Below, one piece after another: positions 12,335 to 25,214 of a stretch of DNA of 61,610 bases. Both the position numbers and the translations under genes were made by a program. The DNA is from Chiloscyllium plagiosum (lineage: Eukaryota): assembly GCF_004010195.1 (NCBI RefSeq), contig NC_057720.1, positions 35,663,194 through 35,724,803 of the forward strand, read 5' to 3'. Below the pieces are notes generated by a model, which searched no databases, had not been told where the DNA came from, and was given only the letters and a program-made list of their open reading frames with translations. Numbering within the stretch: position 1 is the first letter of the stretch; every line of letters begins with the position of its first letter.

Positions 12335-12790
12335 CTTCGATCTGGTGAGCTGCCTTCTTGAACTGCTGCAATCCATTTGATGCCGGGACACCAACAAGTA
12401 TAACGTCATTTGAATTTCAAGAGACAATGGTTAAATTCTCTCATTTTGGAGATGATCTTTGCCTGGTATTTGCATGATCCGATGTTACTTATCGCTTGTC
12501 ATTCCAAGTTGAGATCTTGCTGAATCTGGACATGGACTGCTACAGTATCTGAGGAATTATAAACATTGCTGAACATTTTAAAATCATTAGCCAACATCCC
12601 TACTTCTGACTGATGACAGAGGGAATTTCATTGATGGGGAAGCTGAAGATTATTGGGTCTAGGAACTTTTGCAGTGATGACCTGGAACTGAGACAACATG
12701 CAGTAATCATATCTATCTTCCTTTTGTATTAGGTTTTATTCCAACCAGTGGAGAGATTTCCTGCATTCTCATTGATTGCCCAGTTTTGCT
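12335..12790 (-). mobile_element. Decayed fragment of the second LINE family (CR1/L2 group)
   Basis: tggtgagctgccttcttgaactgctgcaatcca is the reverse complement of the tail at about 18980-19015; ttggagatgatctttgcctggtatttg matches about 18346-18372. Confidence 0.6.
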
Positions 12791-12794
12791 TGAG

Positions 12795-13295
12795 ACATGG
12801 CAAAGATACAAACATGTATACCACATGATTTTTGCTCAATATGGGAAACGTGAAGCTGTTCACTTTGGCAAAAAGAATAAACAGCAGAGTATTATTTAAG
12901 CTGTGAAAGACTTCCGAATTCAGAGATGCTAAGGAATAGTTCCAGTACACAAGTCACAAAATGTTCGTAAGCATGTAAATCAAGTGATTATGAAGACCAT
13001 TTGAATAGCATCCTTTATTATGGAAGGAACTGAATGTAATAGTAAGGATGTCATATGATATAAATGTGTTGGTGACGGTTCAGAGGAGATTTATTCGATG
13101 AATTGTCTCAGAAGATAATAGAGATGAGGGCATTAAATATTCTTAAGGTAGAGGTAGTTCTTGTTAGGCAAGGAAAGCAAAGGTTATTGGGGATAGATGG
13201 GAATGTTGGAATAGTAACACAACAGATCAGTCATGAACTTATTGAATCTTAGAGTAGGCTTGAAGGGCTGATTGACCTCCTGTTTCTATCTCGTA
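12795..13295 (+). mobile_element. Old CR1 LINE, 3' part (probable continuation of 9410-10320)
   Basis: KREAVHFGK-like motif, decayed RT C-terminus and tail cagatcagtcatgaacttattgaa...ggcttgaagggctgattgacctcctg. Confidence 0.6.
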
Positions 13296-13849
13296 CATTA
13301 ATTTGTATGCTTGTAAGCTTTCACTATTTGTAAAACTGCCACCACACCTTAAAGATGAAGTGGATTTTACATGAGATTAATTGCCTTTGGAAAGCCAAAA
13401 TGATGATAGAGCATAGAGAGAACAGGGACTCTGAAATCTCAGTCATTGAGGTGCACAGGAAGAGAAATGTTGTCTATCTACAAATTGGCAAGGATACTTC
13501 CCAGAGAAACTCTCAGAAGGCAGTGGAAGTCGGTAGCTATGATAGTGAATACCAAGAGTTAAGCCCAGGTGTATGGATACAGTGCCACAAGTTGTTCAGT
13601 TACCTTATATGTCTGGTTAAAGTCAGTAAAAGCATTTTGAAATACCATAGCCCACCAGATGCCTCACTTCCCCAGTCACTGTCCTATATCCACCAAAACT
13701 TCCTACCATTCTTTGCACACATTTTACGTTCATACCTTTTGACTGAACCTCACTCAATAACAGTGCTGCAAATATCACTTCCATCTGACAACTTCCACAT
13801 GTCACTAGCTATTCAAGCATGGCAGTCACATCAACTGAACTGATAGCAC

Positions 13850-14800
13850 CGGGCTAGCTGACACACTTCCAAACCTTTGCCAGAACAAGGCTATGTACAA
13901 TCTGAGGCAGCAGCATCCACCTGTCAGGAACAGGCATGACCATACCTTATGGAAGTTGCGGTTTTGTCACTATTTCAGCGGTCTTGACTGAGGCTGGGCT
14001 TCCCTAAAGTGAAGGCATTGTGACCACTGTCTGGAAACTGGGCATTACCCTGTGTGATTGGCTGCTTATGATTACAAACCAGATTGGCACAGAGCAAGCC
14101 AGAACCATTTTGGTGCTTGCACCCAGTGGCATTCTGCACCACAAGAAAGCCTGATATCCCTGCAAAAACACATACTTGATTGACATGTTTCACTCTCGCA
14201 AGATAGAAGAAATTTATTCAGCTCTCTTTAAATGCAGAGTCTCAGTGACTTCTTTTCTACAGCTGTAGACAGTGATCAGGGATTTTTTTGCAAATTTTGA
14301 TTAATCCAGTCTGGAATGAAACAAGCTGATGACCTTCCTGATGAAGGGCTTTTGCCCGAAACGTCGATTTTTCTGCTCCTCAAATGCTGCCTGACCTGCT
14401 GTGCTTTTCCAGCATATCTCTAATCTAAACTCTGGGTTCCAGCATCTGCAGTCCTCACTTTTGCCAAGTTGATGACCATGTACACTTTGACTGGTTATGT
14501 TGTTCTCCGCCTTCCACTGGGGTTGCAGTTGTGGCTGCATCAGCTGGCAGACTTCAAGAAGGATGCCCATAGTGAATTGGTGGTCTCTAACAACAGCTAC
14601 TGGAGGAGGACACTTGGAAAAATTAATCCCAGAATACTATAGATGTGTATTTCCACACTCTAGGGGCAATTCTCTGCCTCCTTTTCCTCTTCTAGCAGCT
14701 AGTCCTGGTCTCTGTGTCATCTCTTCTCATTCTCTCCCTGCCTTTCCTGCTGTAGGCCACAGGGACACGAATTGCGTGCACCCCTATCTCAGACCAAGTG
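13850..14800 (-). mobile_element. PIF/Harbinger transposase remnant (HARBI1-like DDE), split by a PLE insertion
   Basis: ORF 13975-14193 FAGISGFLVVQNATGCKH...ANLVCNHKQPITQGNAQFPDSGHNAFTL resembles AGFPRVQGAIDCTH...NVQLVCDH..IMQVNARFPGSxHDAFIL; ORF 14301-14570 begins with EVCQLMQPQLQPQ, the N-terminal region. Confidence 0.75.
14335..14464 (+). mobile_element. Short PLE-end insertion (family A) starting at the hammerhead core
   Basis: CTGATGA-A-GGGC-tttt-GCCC-GAAAC-GTC at 14338-14365; TSD caagctgatgacc (14322-14334) / caagttgatgacc (14465-14477). Confidence 0.85.
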
Positions 14801-16059
14801 GTCTGTGCAGAATCCTTAGGTCAAGCCAAAAACCCAAGCATCTACCATACCACACTATGCAGACTTTAACAACTTTAAACAACTCTGGAAACCACTGAAC
14901 AATTGCAGCAAGAACCCCAACAGAAATCAATCATCAACTAAGTTTAAAATTGTCAATGATCCCTACAGATATGAGGGGATAGGTCGTGTCTTTCCTTCTG
15001 CTGAATCTGTTTAGCTCTGTGTTGTTAAAAGAGGGCTCCAATCTGGCTCAGAATTACATCATTATTGACATTACTATTAGCCTTCTCCTGTCAAATGCCC
15101 CTTGAATGCATGCCAAAAATATGGACTGCTATGTTCAGTACTAGATGTCTGCATCTACTGGAATCATTGAGACAAAATAGTACCATTGTTATCAAGAAAA
15201 GAAGTCTACACAAATGTAATGTACAGTAGAGCAGTGACTAGTGACCATCCTTGTTGATGTTAGTTACAAGCTATTCTGCAATATGTTTCAGCTAACTTGA
15301 ATCATTATGAAATTACTTTCCCTATTAATTCTGATCTATAGATAAATTAGAACACTGAGTTTTTTATTTGTAAACACTGTAAGGAGATTAGTTCTTCCTC
15401 AGAACCAATTTTCAAATGATTACAAAAAAAATGACTAATAGTTACATTTTCTTTCCTGTGCTTCTGTTGAAATGGTGAGTGGAAACTGTACAGGAGAAAC
15501 CCACAGGTCAATGGAAAGTTGGACATATTTATAGAATTACTGCAAATAACCCGATGAGCCTTTTTAATTTCAATTTTATGCATGTTCATCAATTTTGCTT
15601 CATTATCAAGCTCGCTATCAGCTTACACATCAACCTTCTAACATATTAGTTCTCTTCTCATGCAACTCTTAACTTTTCTGTTACAATATGTATGAGAACA
15701 TACAAGATTGATTGTCACTCTGAAACTTTCCGCTGAGAAATTTTGAAGTCTTGAAATTCATTATCTCATTAAAATTACCTGATAGGAAGAAGGAAGAGCC
15801 ATTATTCTGCTTGTCATAATTCCTTTGTATAGCATGTTTGGAAACCAATTTTGCATTAATATTAAGATAACTTTATTTTCTAAAAATTCAAGATAAATAG
15901 AATCATAAGCCATCAGACTGTTTTGGTTTTGTTAAATACAAGAATAAGAATACTTCATGGTAACTGTGAGCTGCTGTTATCATGACATTTTAGACTCAGC
16001 AGAACCAGGCACTTTAAATCCGAACAGCAAGTGTAGTCACTCAGCAACCAAGAGAATGT

Positions 16060-16345
16060 TGATTAGATTAGATTCCCTACAGTGTGGAAACAGGCCCTTC
16101 GGCCCAACAAGTCCACACTGACCCTGTGAAGAGTAACCCACCCAGACCCATTTCCCTCTGACTAACATACTGAACACCGTGGGCAAATTAGCACAGCCAA
16201 TTCACCTGGCCTGCACATCTTTGGACTGTGAAAGAAAACCCACACAGATACGAGGAGAAAGTGCAAACTCCACACAGACAGTTGCCAGAGGCTGGAATTG
16301 AACCTGGTGCTGTGAGGCAGCAGTGCTAACCACTGTGCCAACCCC
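16060..16345 (-). mobile_element. HE1-type SINE
   Basis: Plus strand shows gattagattagattccctacagtgtggaaacaggccc at the tail and ggaattgaacc...cagtgctaaccactgtgcca at the tRNA-derived head. Confidence 0.85.
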
Positions 16346-18188
16346 AATGTAGCCAAGTTAGTAACTCCTTATAGTGTTGAGTTGCAACCTTTCTTGCATT
16401 CTTGTGTCCCCGTTGTTTAGAATGGTAGATTACAAATTATTATATAACAATACAATGTAAACTTCAGTTTACTTGTCTCAAAAATTTGAGGGTGAAATTT
16501 TCTTTGCTTGTAAAAGAAATAATGATAGTACAGACTATACCAGCTGATATATGATATCCAGTTCACAATAAGGGTAATTGGCATATTGTATAGGTGCTTT
16601 TGGCCTTATCTAAAAGGGTGAATTGTTTTATTGAACACTCGAGAGATAAAACTTCCTATCTAGAACATGAGGAAGATAAGTACTTGCAACAGAAGATTAA
16701 TAAGCAGTTTGGGTAGAAAGGACATTAAATAGATAAGTCGTTCAGCTCTTAGAGCAATGCGTAGTGCAAGCTGTAATAAGCCTGTTTATTTGGTACAGTA
16801 AGAATGAAAAAAACTTTGGGGTCACAATTGAATATTTTTTCCAGAGTCAAACTCATTTTGTGTAAGACTGGTGACAAGAACTGTAAATGACCACTGAAGG
16901 GAGTAAACTGAAGCAGGTTTCTAAGTGCCATGGTTAGAATCAGGTGCATACTGTTCATATCACCCATGGAGTTCAATTATTACCTTGCGTTCTCAAAGCT
17001 TTCATTTCTGCTTTGCTACTGTTCTATTGCATAAAGAGTGAAAACGCACAGCTATCCATTGGTATGGGTTGTATTATTTTATGAATTAAAAAAAACAAAG
17101 ATTAGTGTAAAGGTGCCCAGTGAATGCCACAGACTTTGAAATCTGGCTGGCTTGTAAATGAAAGCAGCTGGATTCAGCAGGGAGCTGTGTCTCACATGTG
17201 GTGGAGCAAAAGGATAAAACAGACGGCTGTTAAAAATAACACACTAATGATTACTTTTTTTTTCCTTGCTGGGGAAAAAATTATTAGAAAGAATTATTGC
17301 CGTCAAGGATACTTTTCTAGTAAAAAGAAGAAAAGCATTCATTCATAATTTATATCCTCAATTACTATTAATAAAAAAAATTTCAATGGGGAATCATCTG
17401 AAATTATATATAACATGGCATTAACTTTTGGTTCAACTTTCCTTCTCGTTTATTATAAAATTAATTGAGATATGTAGCACTGACTTCTTCATGACAATAT
17501 GATTTGAATATAATATTCTAATTGTACATTCTATATATTCACATTATATGCAAGTCTGAATGCAGATATAATAAGATTAGAATTTATTTGAGAATAATAA
17601 TGTTGACTGCGAAATCTTCCCTCTTGCCTGCTCCTATAGTTCATGGACACTCAACTCTCCAATCTTAAAGGTAATAGAGGGTGAGAGGGGGCAGACAATA
17701 CTCCATATGGGCTTACTTCAATTTTAGCCTATACAACAGGAGTCAGGGATTCAGTGGCAAAAGGACATCTAAATATATTTCCTTGTAGAATCTGATCTTG
17801 CAGTCCTCCCACATCCTTCGACTCATCCAATAGGATGTGCAGGGATGTTTGCTTTGGATAAAAAAGAAATAGTGGATTGTGGTGGGGTCAGGATGGAAGC
17901 AGTTTTTTATTGTATCCTATGCTATCACAAGGTCACGTGTATTTGTGTGTAACTAGCCCTGTGGGCTTGGGTGATGTCATCACATGAGCACACATCTGTG
18001 TGTGCAACTTCCATCTTCCTTTCTATGCAACATTCACAACATTTTCTCTTTTCCTCATAACATTATATAAACCTAATTTCCTCCCACCATACCCTTCATC
18101 GTCTGCTGGGAAAAATAATCCTCCTATAGTCATTCATTGATCCCAAGTAAGATGTAGTACCAAAAATATGGACAAATAAAGCATAATT

Positions 18189-18238
18189 TTGGGGTATTCA
18201 TTGGCTCTATATGCTTGGGGTATTCATTGGCTCTATAT
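18189..18238. repeat. 24-bp direct repeat, two copies
   Basis: ttggggtattcattggctctatat at 18189-18212 and 18215-18238. Confidence 0.9.
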
Positions 18239-18344
18239 CCTACTAAAACAAGACTTCAATACAGTACCCAGTACTACAGCACAGAATCTGGTCATTTGAC
18301 CCAACAGGTCCATTTTCGTGATTAATTGGCAAGGAACATGACAC

Positions 18345-19095
18345 ACAAATGCCAGGCTATGACCATCTCTAATAAGAGACAATCTAACCATCGACCCTTG
18401 GCATTCGATGGTGTTACCATCACTGAATCCTCCACAATCAAATCCTGGGGTTTACCATTGAGCAGAAACTGAACAAAACTTGCCATATAAATACAATAGC
18501 TATAAAAGCAGGTTAGTAGTAGGAATACTGCAGTGAATAACTTTCCTTCTGACTCCCCAAAGCCTGTCTACCATCTACAAGATGCAAGTCAGGAGTGTGT
18601 TGGAATACTGCCCACTTGTCTGGATGGGTGCAACTCCAACAGGACTCAAGAAGCTGGACAGCATCCAAGACAAAGCAGCCCATTTGATCAGCACCCCATC
18701 CACAAGCATCCGCTCCTTCCACCAGTAGACACTCAGTAACAGCAGTGTGTACTGTCTACAAGATGCATTGCAGCAATTCACCAAAGATGATGAGACAGCA
18801 TCTTCCAAACCCACAACCACTTCCGTCTCGAAGGACAAGGGCAGCAGATACATGGGAACACCACCACCTGCATATTCTCCTCCAAGCAACTCACAAACCC
18901 GACTTGAAAATATATTACTGTTCCTTTATTGTAGCTTGGAATTTTCTCCCTCAAGACATTGTGGGTCAATCTACTGCACGTGGATTGCAGTAGTTCAGGA
19001 GGACCGCTCACTGCCATCTTCTCAAGGGCAACTAGGGATGGTTAATAAATGCTGGCCAGCTAGCAATGCCCATGTCTCACAAGTGAATAAAATAA
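18345..19095 (+). mobile_element. 3' part of a second LINE family (CR1/L2 group): RT C-terminus and 3' UTR
   Basis: LSTIYKMQVRSVLEYCPLVWMGATPTGLKKLDSIQDKAAHLI; tail aagggcaactagggatggttaataaatgctggcc...gaataaaataaaa. Confidence 0.8.
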
Positions 19096-19239
19096 AAGGA
19101 GTCATGATCAAATCATCTTAAGACCTTGAAGGAGTGAAACATAATAATTTGAAATCCTCCTCCAAGTCTCCCTGAAAATGTCTACCATATCAATGCAACC
19201 TGTAATAGTAGCTAGCATGCAATATGTTATATCATATTC

Positions 19240-21070
19240 ACTATAGAAAATGAAAATGTTGGTGAAGAAGATACAGAGATACTTGCATCTAGGCTAGAAG
19301 AGATTGAGGTTCACAAGGAAGAGATATTAGAAATACTGCAGAGTGTGAAAATAGACAAGTCCCCTGGGCCGGATGGGATCTATCCCAGGATCCTCTGGGA
19401 AGCAAGGGAAGAGATTGCCGAGCCTTTGGCATTGATCTTCAAATCATTATTGTCTACAGGAATAGTGCCTGAGGATTGGAGGATAGCAAATGTGGTTCCC
19501 TTGTTCAAAAAGGGTCATAGAGACAACCCTCGTAATTACAGACCAGTGAGTCTCACTTCAGTTGTTGGTAAAGTGTTGGAAAAGATTATAAGAGATAGGA
19601 TTTATAACCATCTAGAAAAGAATAATCTGACAGAGAGTCAGCACGGTTTTGTGAAGGTAGGTCATGCCTAATGAATCTTATTGAGTTTTTTGACAAAGTG
19701 ACCAAACAGGTAGATGAGAGTAAACCGGTTGATGTGGTGTATATGGATTTCAGCAAGGTGTTCGATAAGGTTCCCCACAGTAGGCTATTATACAAAATGC
19801 GGAGGAATGGGATTGTGGGAGACATAGCAGTTTGGATCAGTAATTGGCTTGCTGAAAGGAAACAGAGGGTTGTATTTAATGGAACATGGTCATCTTGGTG
19901 TCCAATTACTAGCAGCATACCGCAAGGGTCGGTGTTGGGTCCACTGCTGTTCGTCATTTTTATAAATGACATGGATGAGGGCTTAGAAGGGTGGGTTTGT
20001 AAATTTGCAGACGACATGAAGGTCGGTGGAGTTGTGGATAGTGACGAAGGATGTAGTAGATTACAGAGAGACATAGATAGGATGCAGAGCTGGGCTGAGA
20101 GATGGAGTTTAATGTGGAAAAGTGTGAGGTGATACACTTTGGACGGAATAATCGGAATGCAAAGTACTGAGCTAATGGTAAGATTCTTGGGAGTGCAGAT
20201 GAGCAGAAAGGTCTGTGTCCATGTACACAGATCCCAGAAAGTTGCCACCCAGATTGACAGGGTTGTTAAGAAGGCATACAGTGTTTTGACATTTATTAAT
20301 AGAGGGATTGAGTTCAGGAACCAGTCGGTTATGCTGCAGCTGTACAAAACTGGTGCGGCTGCACTTGGAGTATTGTGTACAGTTCTGGTCACCGCATTAT
20401 AAGAAGGATGTGGAAGCTTTGGAAAGGGTGCAGAGGAGATTTACTAGGATGTTGCCTGGTATGGAAGGAATCGACGTTTCGGGCATAAGCCCTTCTTCAG
20501 GAATCCTCAGGATTCCTGAAGAAGGGCTTATGCCCGAAACGTCGTTTCTCCTGCTCCTTGGATGCTGCCTGACCTGCTGCGCTTTTCCAGCAACACATTT
20601 TCAGCTCTGATCTCCAGCATCTGCAGTTCTCACTTTCTCCTGGTATGGAAGGAAAGTCTTACGAGGAAAGGCTGAGGGCCTTGAGGCTGCTTTCGTTAGA
20701 GAGAGGAAGGTTGAGAGGTGACTTAATAGAGACATACTAGATAATCAGAGGGTTAGATAGGGTGGATAGGGAGAGCCTTTTTCCAAGTATGGGGATGGCA
20801 AACACGAGGGGACACAACTTTAAAGTGAGGGGAGATAGGTATAAGACAGATGTCAGAGGTAGTTTCTTTACTCAGAGAATAGTAAGGTTGTGGAATGCTT
20901 TGCCTGCAACGGTAGTAGATTCGCCAAGTTTAAGTGCATTTAAGTCGCCATTGGACAGGCGAATGGACGTACATGGAATAGTGTAGGTGGGATGGGCTTC
21001 AGATTAGTATGACAGGGCGGCGCAACATCGAGGGCCGAAGGGCCTGTACTGCGCTGTAATGTTCTATGTT
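19240..21070 (+). mobile_element. CR1 LINE, 5'-truncated, RT domain with frameshifts
   Basis: [56 protein letters not shown] and [10 protein letters not shown]; tail gggccgaagggcctgtactgcgctgtaatgttctatgtt. Confidence 0.95.
20471..20638. mobile_element. Fold-back PLE-end insertion (family A) inside the CR1
   Basis: Perfect 36-bp inverted arms 20472-20507 and 20509-20544; 16-bp TSD cctggtatggaaggaa at 20455-20470 and 20639-20654. Confidence 0.92.
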
Positions 21071-22059
21071 ATTCACGGCAAAAAAAAACCTCCAGTTAGA
21101 CCAAGAAATGGTTTCCCTTTACCGCACTGGATCAAGCAGGCCCTGTAGTTCCTATACTTCAAAGAAAAATGGTGGCAAAAACTTTCATCACGAGCAGCAG
21201 CTCGACAGGGTAGTGAGCTGGAATCCCCGGATAACAAATTCCACTTCATTTACAAAAACAACCCAAAGCAAAATGTCTTTCTGTACATACCAGCATTAAG
21301 TAAAACATTTTTTTTGTGAAAAACAAAAGCTAGCACGCAAAAAGAAAACCGTGACCACTAAATCAAAGTCTGCTTTTGAAGCAGAAGTTTAACTTGAGAT
21401 TAGTTTTTGAGCAAAGGAGACAAGCCCTGCACAACTCGAGTAAGCCCACAAAAATGCCGATTGGCTTTCAACATTGCAGAAACCTTTCCATATTTGAAAT
21501 ATAACTACATCCATGGATGTGTTTTGCTGTGAAATATTTCAGTGCATGCACTGAATCACACAGGACTGACAATGATGCAAACAAATTGTGATATCAGATT
21601 AACAGATTTTGCAAAGTGATCATGCGTTAAAGTAATATTTATGCAGTAAAAATGGTGAAAATGAATAGCATTTTAGCAGTATAATATGGGTCCCTATTGT
21701 TGTAATGTAAATACTTCCCTGTACAGAGTAAGATTGATGCAATACAGCATGAATGGATCTAATTGTAATGTTTGGTACAAAAACCAACTGCCTTGAGTGA
21801 ACAGGTAGGTCCTGGCTCTGATTCTTAGTCTGTGTTGACTTAAAGTGCATTTTCATTTGAAAAGTGCAGCTAACAGCCAACATATTATTCTCTGGTCTTC
21901 AGAGCGTCTTCTCTCATTAGTGGGATAGACCAATAACAATTTGAACAACCCAAAGCTGGATATACAGGAGGTGCTGGATATGAGCAGCAAGAAAATTGTA
22001 TTATTTTGCAACTTCTAACCCCTCAGGACAGCACATTCCTCACTCCAATATCATTATCA

Positions 22060-22790
22060 AGCTAAGAGATTGGCCAAACTTCAGTGTGGTATGTAGAAAA
22101 GGGTAGAGAGCTGCAAGGAGAAAGATCCAGAATTTCAATCCCAGACCATGAAAACATTATTAACACAGTGGGATTGACAGTGTTGAAGATGCACAAGATG
22201 CTAGAGTTGGAAAACAGAGTTACAAAAGTTTGGAGGAGGTAGGAAGGGGTGAGGCCATAAAAAATTTCAACCGAAGTGTGAGAATTATTTTGAGACATTG
22301 GGAATAGATCTTGAGCAGGTCACTGAAGGGGAATCAGTGAGCAGGCCTTGATGCAAGTTAGAATACAGGCAACAGAGATTTTGATGTCCTGGGGAGAACT
22401 ACTTCTGGGACTGATGCAGGGTTTTGGGAAGTAATTAAGAGAATCTGAAGTATAAGAAGTACAGAGAAGAGGTTGAAAATCTTGTCAATCGATCTCGAAA
22501 GGGTTGATTGCATGAGAGATTTCAGAAGGGAGAATTTAAGGGAGGACAGGAGGGCAATGAAATTATTATTGAAAGGGGAAGGTAGACTGAGATGAAAATT
22601 GAAATCCCACTTAGTCGGAATAGAAGGGAATGGTGAGAAACCTGGGACAGCAGAGAATGAGAATTTTGCATGGGATAGCAAAAGGAGTAGCTCAAGATGT
22701 TTGAAGCAGGCTAAGGTGTTGGAGGAGTAGAGGGGGAGACCAATGTGCAATTTAGACATAAGGGTCACGTGGTAGTTTGGTTTGTGGCAG
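22060..22790 (-). mobile_element. L2-type LINE 3' fragment
   Basis: Minus strand tggcctcaccccttcctacctcctcc...ttccaactctagcatcttgtgcatc...ggattgaaattctgg resembles a typical L2 RT end and tail. Confidence 0.6.
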
Positions 22791-22796
22791 TATAAC

Positions 22797-22985
22797 ATAA
22801 ACAAAAACAGAAATTGCTGGATAGACTCAGCAGGTCCAGCAGCATCTGTGTCGAGAAATCAGAGTTAATGCTTCGGGTCCAGTGACCTTTCTTCAGAACT
22901 CCTCAAAACTTCATTTCCGAGTCTATCCAGCAATTTCTGTTTTAGGTTTTACTTCTGATTTCCAGTATCTGCAGTTCTTTCAGAT
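22797..22985. mobile_element. PLE-end insertion (family B), partially inverted
   Basis: aaaacagaaattgctggatagactc pairs with gagtctatccagcaatttctgtttt; minus-strand core agtt-CTGAAGA-aa-GGTC-actg-GACC-c-GAAGC-ATT-aact at about 22863-22900. Confidence 0.75.
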
Positions 22986-25214
22986 TTTTGGTTTGTTGGA
23001 AAGTATAGTCCAGATGACAGGTTCAGTAAGAGACAAGGGTTTCATATATAACACGCTTGTTGTGTCTGTTGCCCTAAATTTTAAAATGTGATTTTCCAAA
23101 CAATTTCTTCATTTATTAGTGACTTTCCAAAGGTTGAGGTCTTCAGCATATCAGACTTGTCAAATGTGAAGTTTCATTAGTAAGCCCTGGCTCATAGGGG
23201 AGAGAGGGCTTGGTCTGTTTTTGCACTCCTGCAGAAAATATCAAAGGAACACATTTGTGTTAGGCCACACTAACATCTTACAGTAACTCTGCTCTCTTTA
23301 CTTTGAACACAGTTTGATATCAAATGACTGAAACAGGAGAGAATGTATTTTGCTGTGGATGCTGGTGCTGTTGTAATCACTTTCATGTATCAAAAGCACC
23401 TTGTAAGCCATTGGGTTCACTTTCTATTCATGCTAAGAGCATATAGAACAAGTAGTGACTGATTTTATTTTTGCAGCTTCACTTTGTTTTTCAGACAATT
23501 TCCTAGTTAGGATAGTGTGGAAAATAGATCTAACAGAAAGGGGAGAATTACAGATCATGAACCTCCAGTCTTTATTTATTATTACCGATTTATTATTTGT
23601 CTTTGAGTATCCTCAGCAGCATGCAGGTCATGTATGTTCCAGTTATAATAGACTATAAATTGTATGAAAGTTGCAACTTCATGAGATTGTAATCTTCCTA
23701 TCATTTAAACAAACTTAACTATTATTCCATTTAACATTTATTAACATTTCTGTCTTTCATATTAATATTACTGCTCAAGTTCTAGAATAAATACCTGGAG
23801 TTAGCTTCTGGCAACTTTCCAAAAGTAAAGCTATTAAACTTGAACAAAGGCCTCCATGTGTAATCCCAGTATTCTAAAGACAAAATGTAGGAAACCTCTG
23901 CAAACCGTACATATTTAAATGCAATTTTGGCATTTCTAACTACTCAACAGAAAAATAGGGCCTAAAACAAATTGATGTTACATTTATGGTTTCTTTTTAA
24001 AGTGAATAGTTGGAAAACCTTTCTTGAAAAAGCACACAAGGTTCCAATTTTATAATTAACTAACAAAGTGCAACTGTACAAATATGTTGTGGTTGGAAAG
24101 TCTTCTCTGGTTGTGCTTAACAGTCATTCTCAATGTTGTTTGAAAACTACCAGTCATTCTCAGCATTATTCTTTAAACAACCAACAAATGCATTGTCAAA
24201 ATACTCGAGACATGTAATGCTAAATACTAGTACATGTGAGAAGTGCTACAGTAGTTTCTGCTTTTACTGACGTATATAATTCCAACTGCCAGTTTCCAGA
24301 TATTTGGATGAAATTTCATTAAACCTTTACCTTTGTAACACTTTCTTCTTCACAATGTTCTCTATTTTTAAAGCTTGAGGAAAATCTGGCCCTTCTGTGC
24401 AGTTAATGGGATTCTGAATTTTCTCATTTTTCCAAGTGATTGATGAATGTTTAAATTTGTGTGACGCTCAAGAAGGAACATGAGTTTGAAATAAATGAGA
24501 TTCTGTTAAATATTTATGCAAATCCAAAAAATTAAACCTCTGGTTAACAAAACCAAACTAAACCACACCTTTTTAAATGATAGTTATCACACCTCAAGAG
24601 TTGAAACCGTCCAATATGTCAAGCTGATGCAATACATCATCAATTCACTGTTGACAGTACATTTCACTCTTAGTGTTCTATTGGTTCCTTTCCATAAGTC
24701 CTGATGAGATGGTGTCAGTGCTATTTTTGAATAGGTGTAATAACTGTAGAGAGCACATTAAGTAAAATATCTTTGAAACCTTTGATGTTAGTTGATACCC
24801 TGAGTTGGGTGACCATCAGTAATAGGCTTAGCATCTTTAAAAATACATTTTGAAGAAAAAATGTTCAACTTCTGTCTCACATCATGATAGGATCACATCT
24901 TGCAATGGTTAGTGTCTTACTCAGGCCGCAAAACAAAGTATGACAATTACTATTATATGTTTTGATAACATATAATTATTGAGATTGTTTTTAACTCTTT
25001 CAAGATGCATTCTTCATCTTTTTTTGTCTGACCAATTTTTCCACAGCCTTCTTGAAGTTGTTGATTCTTTGTTGAGCTGCTGTTTCATAAACTAGTTCCC
25101 TGATAATAACACGAACAAATGTTGTCCATTCCTTATAATGTGAACATTGATGATAAACACTGACAGATTGATCAACCTTGAGAGCAGTACAAGTAAAGCT
25201 AGTCCTGTTCTTGT

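Noticed and set aside
18189..18238. CRISPR-like repeat
   Set aside because: Only two copies with a 2-nt spacer in a vertebrate context; a simple local duplication.
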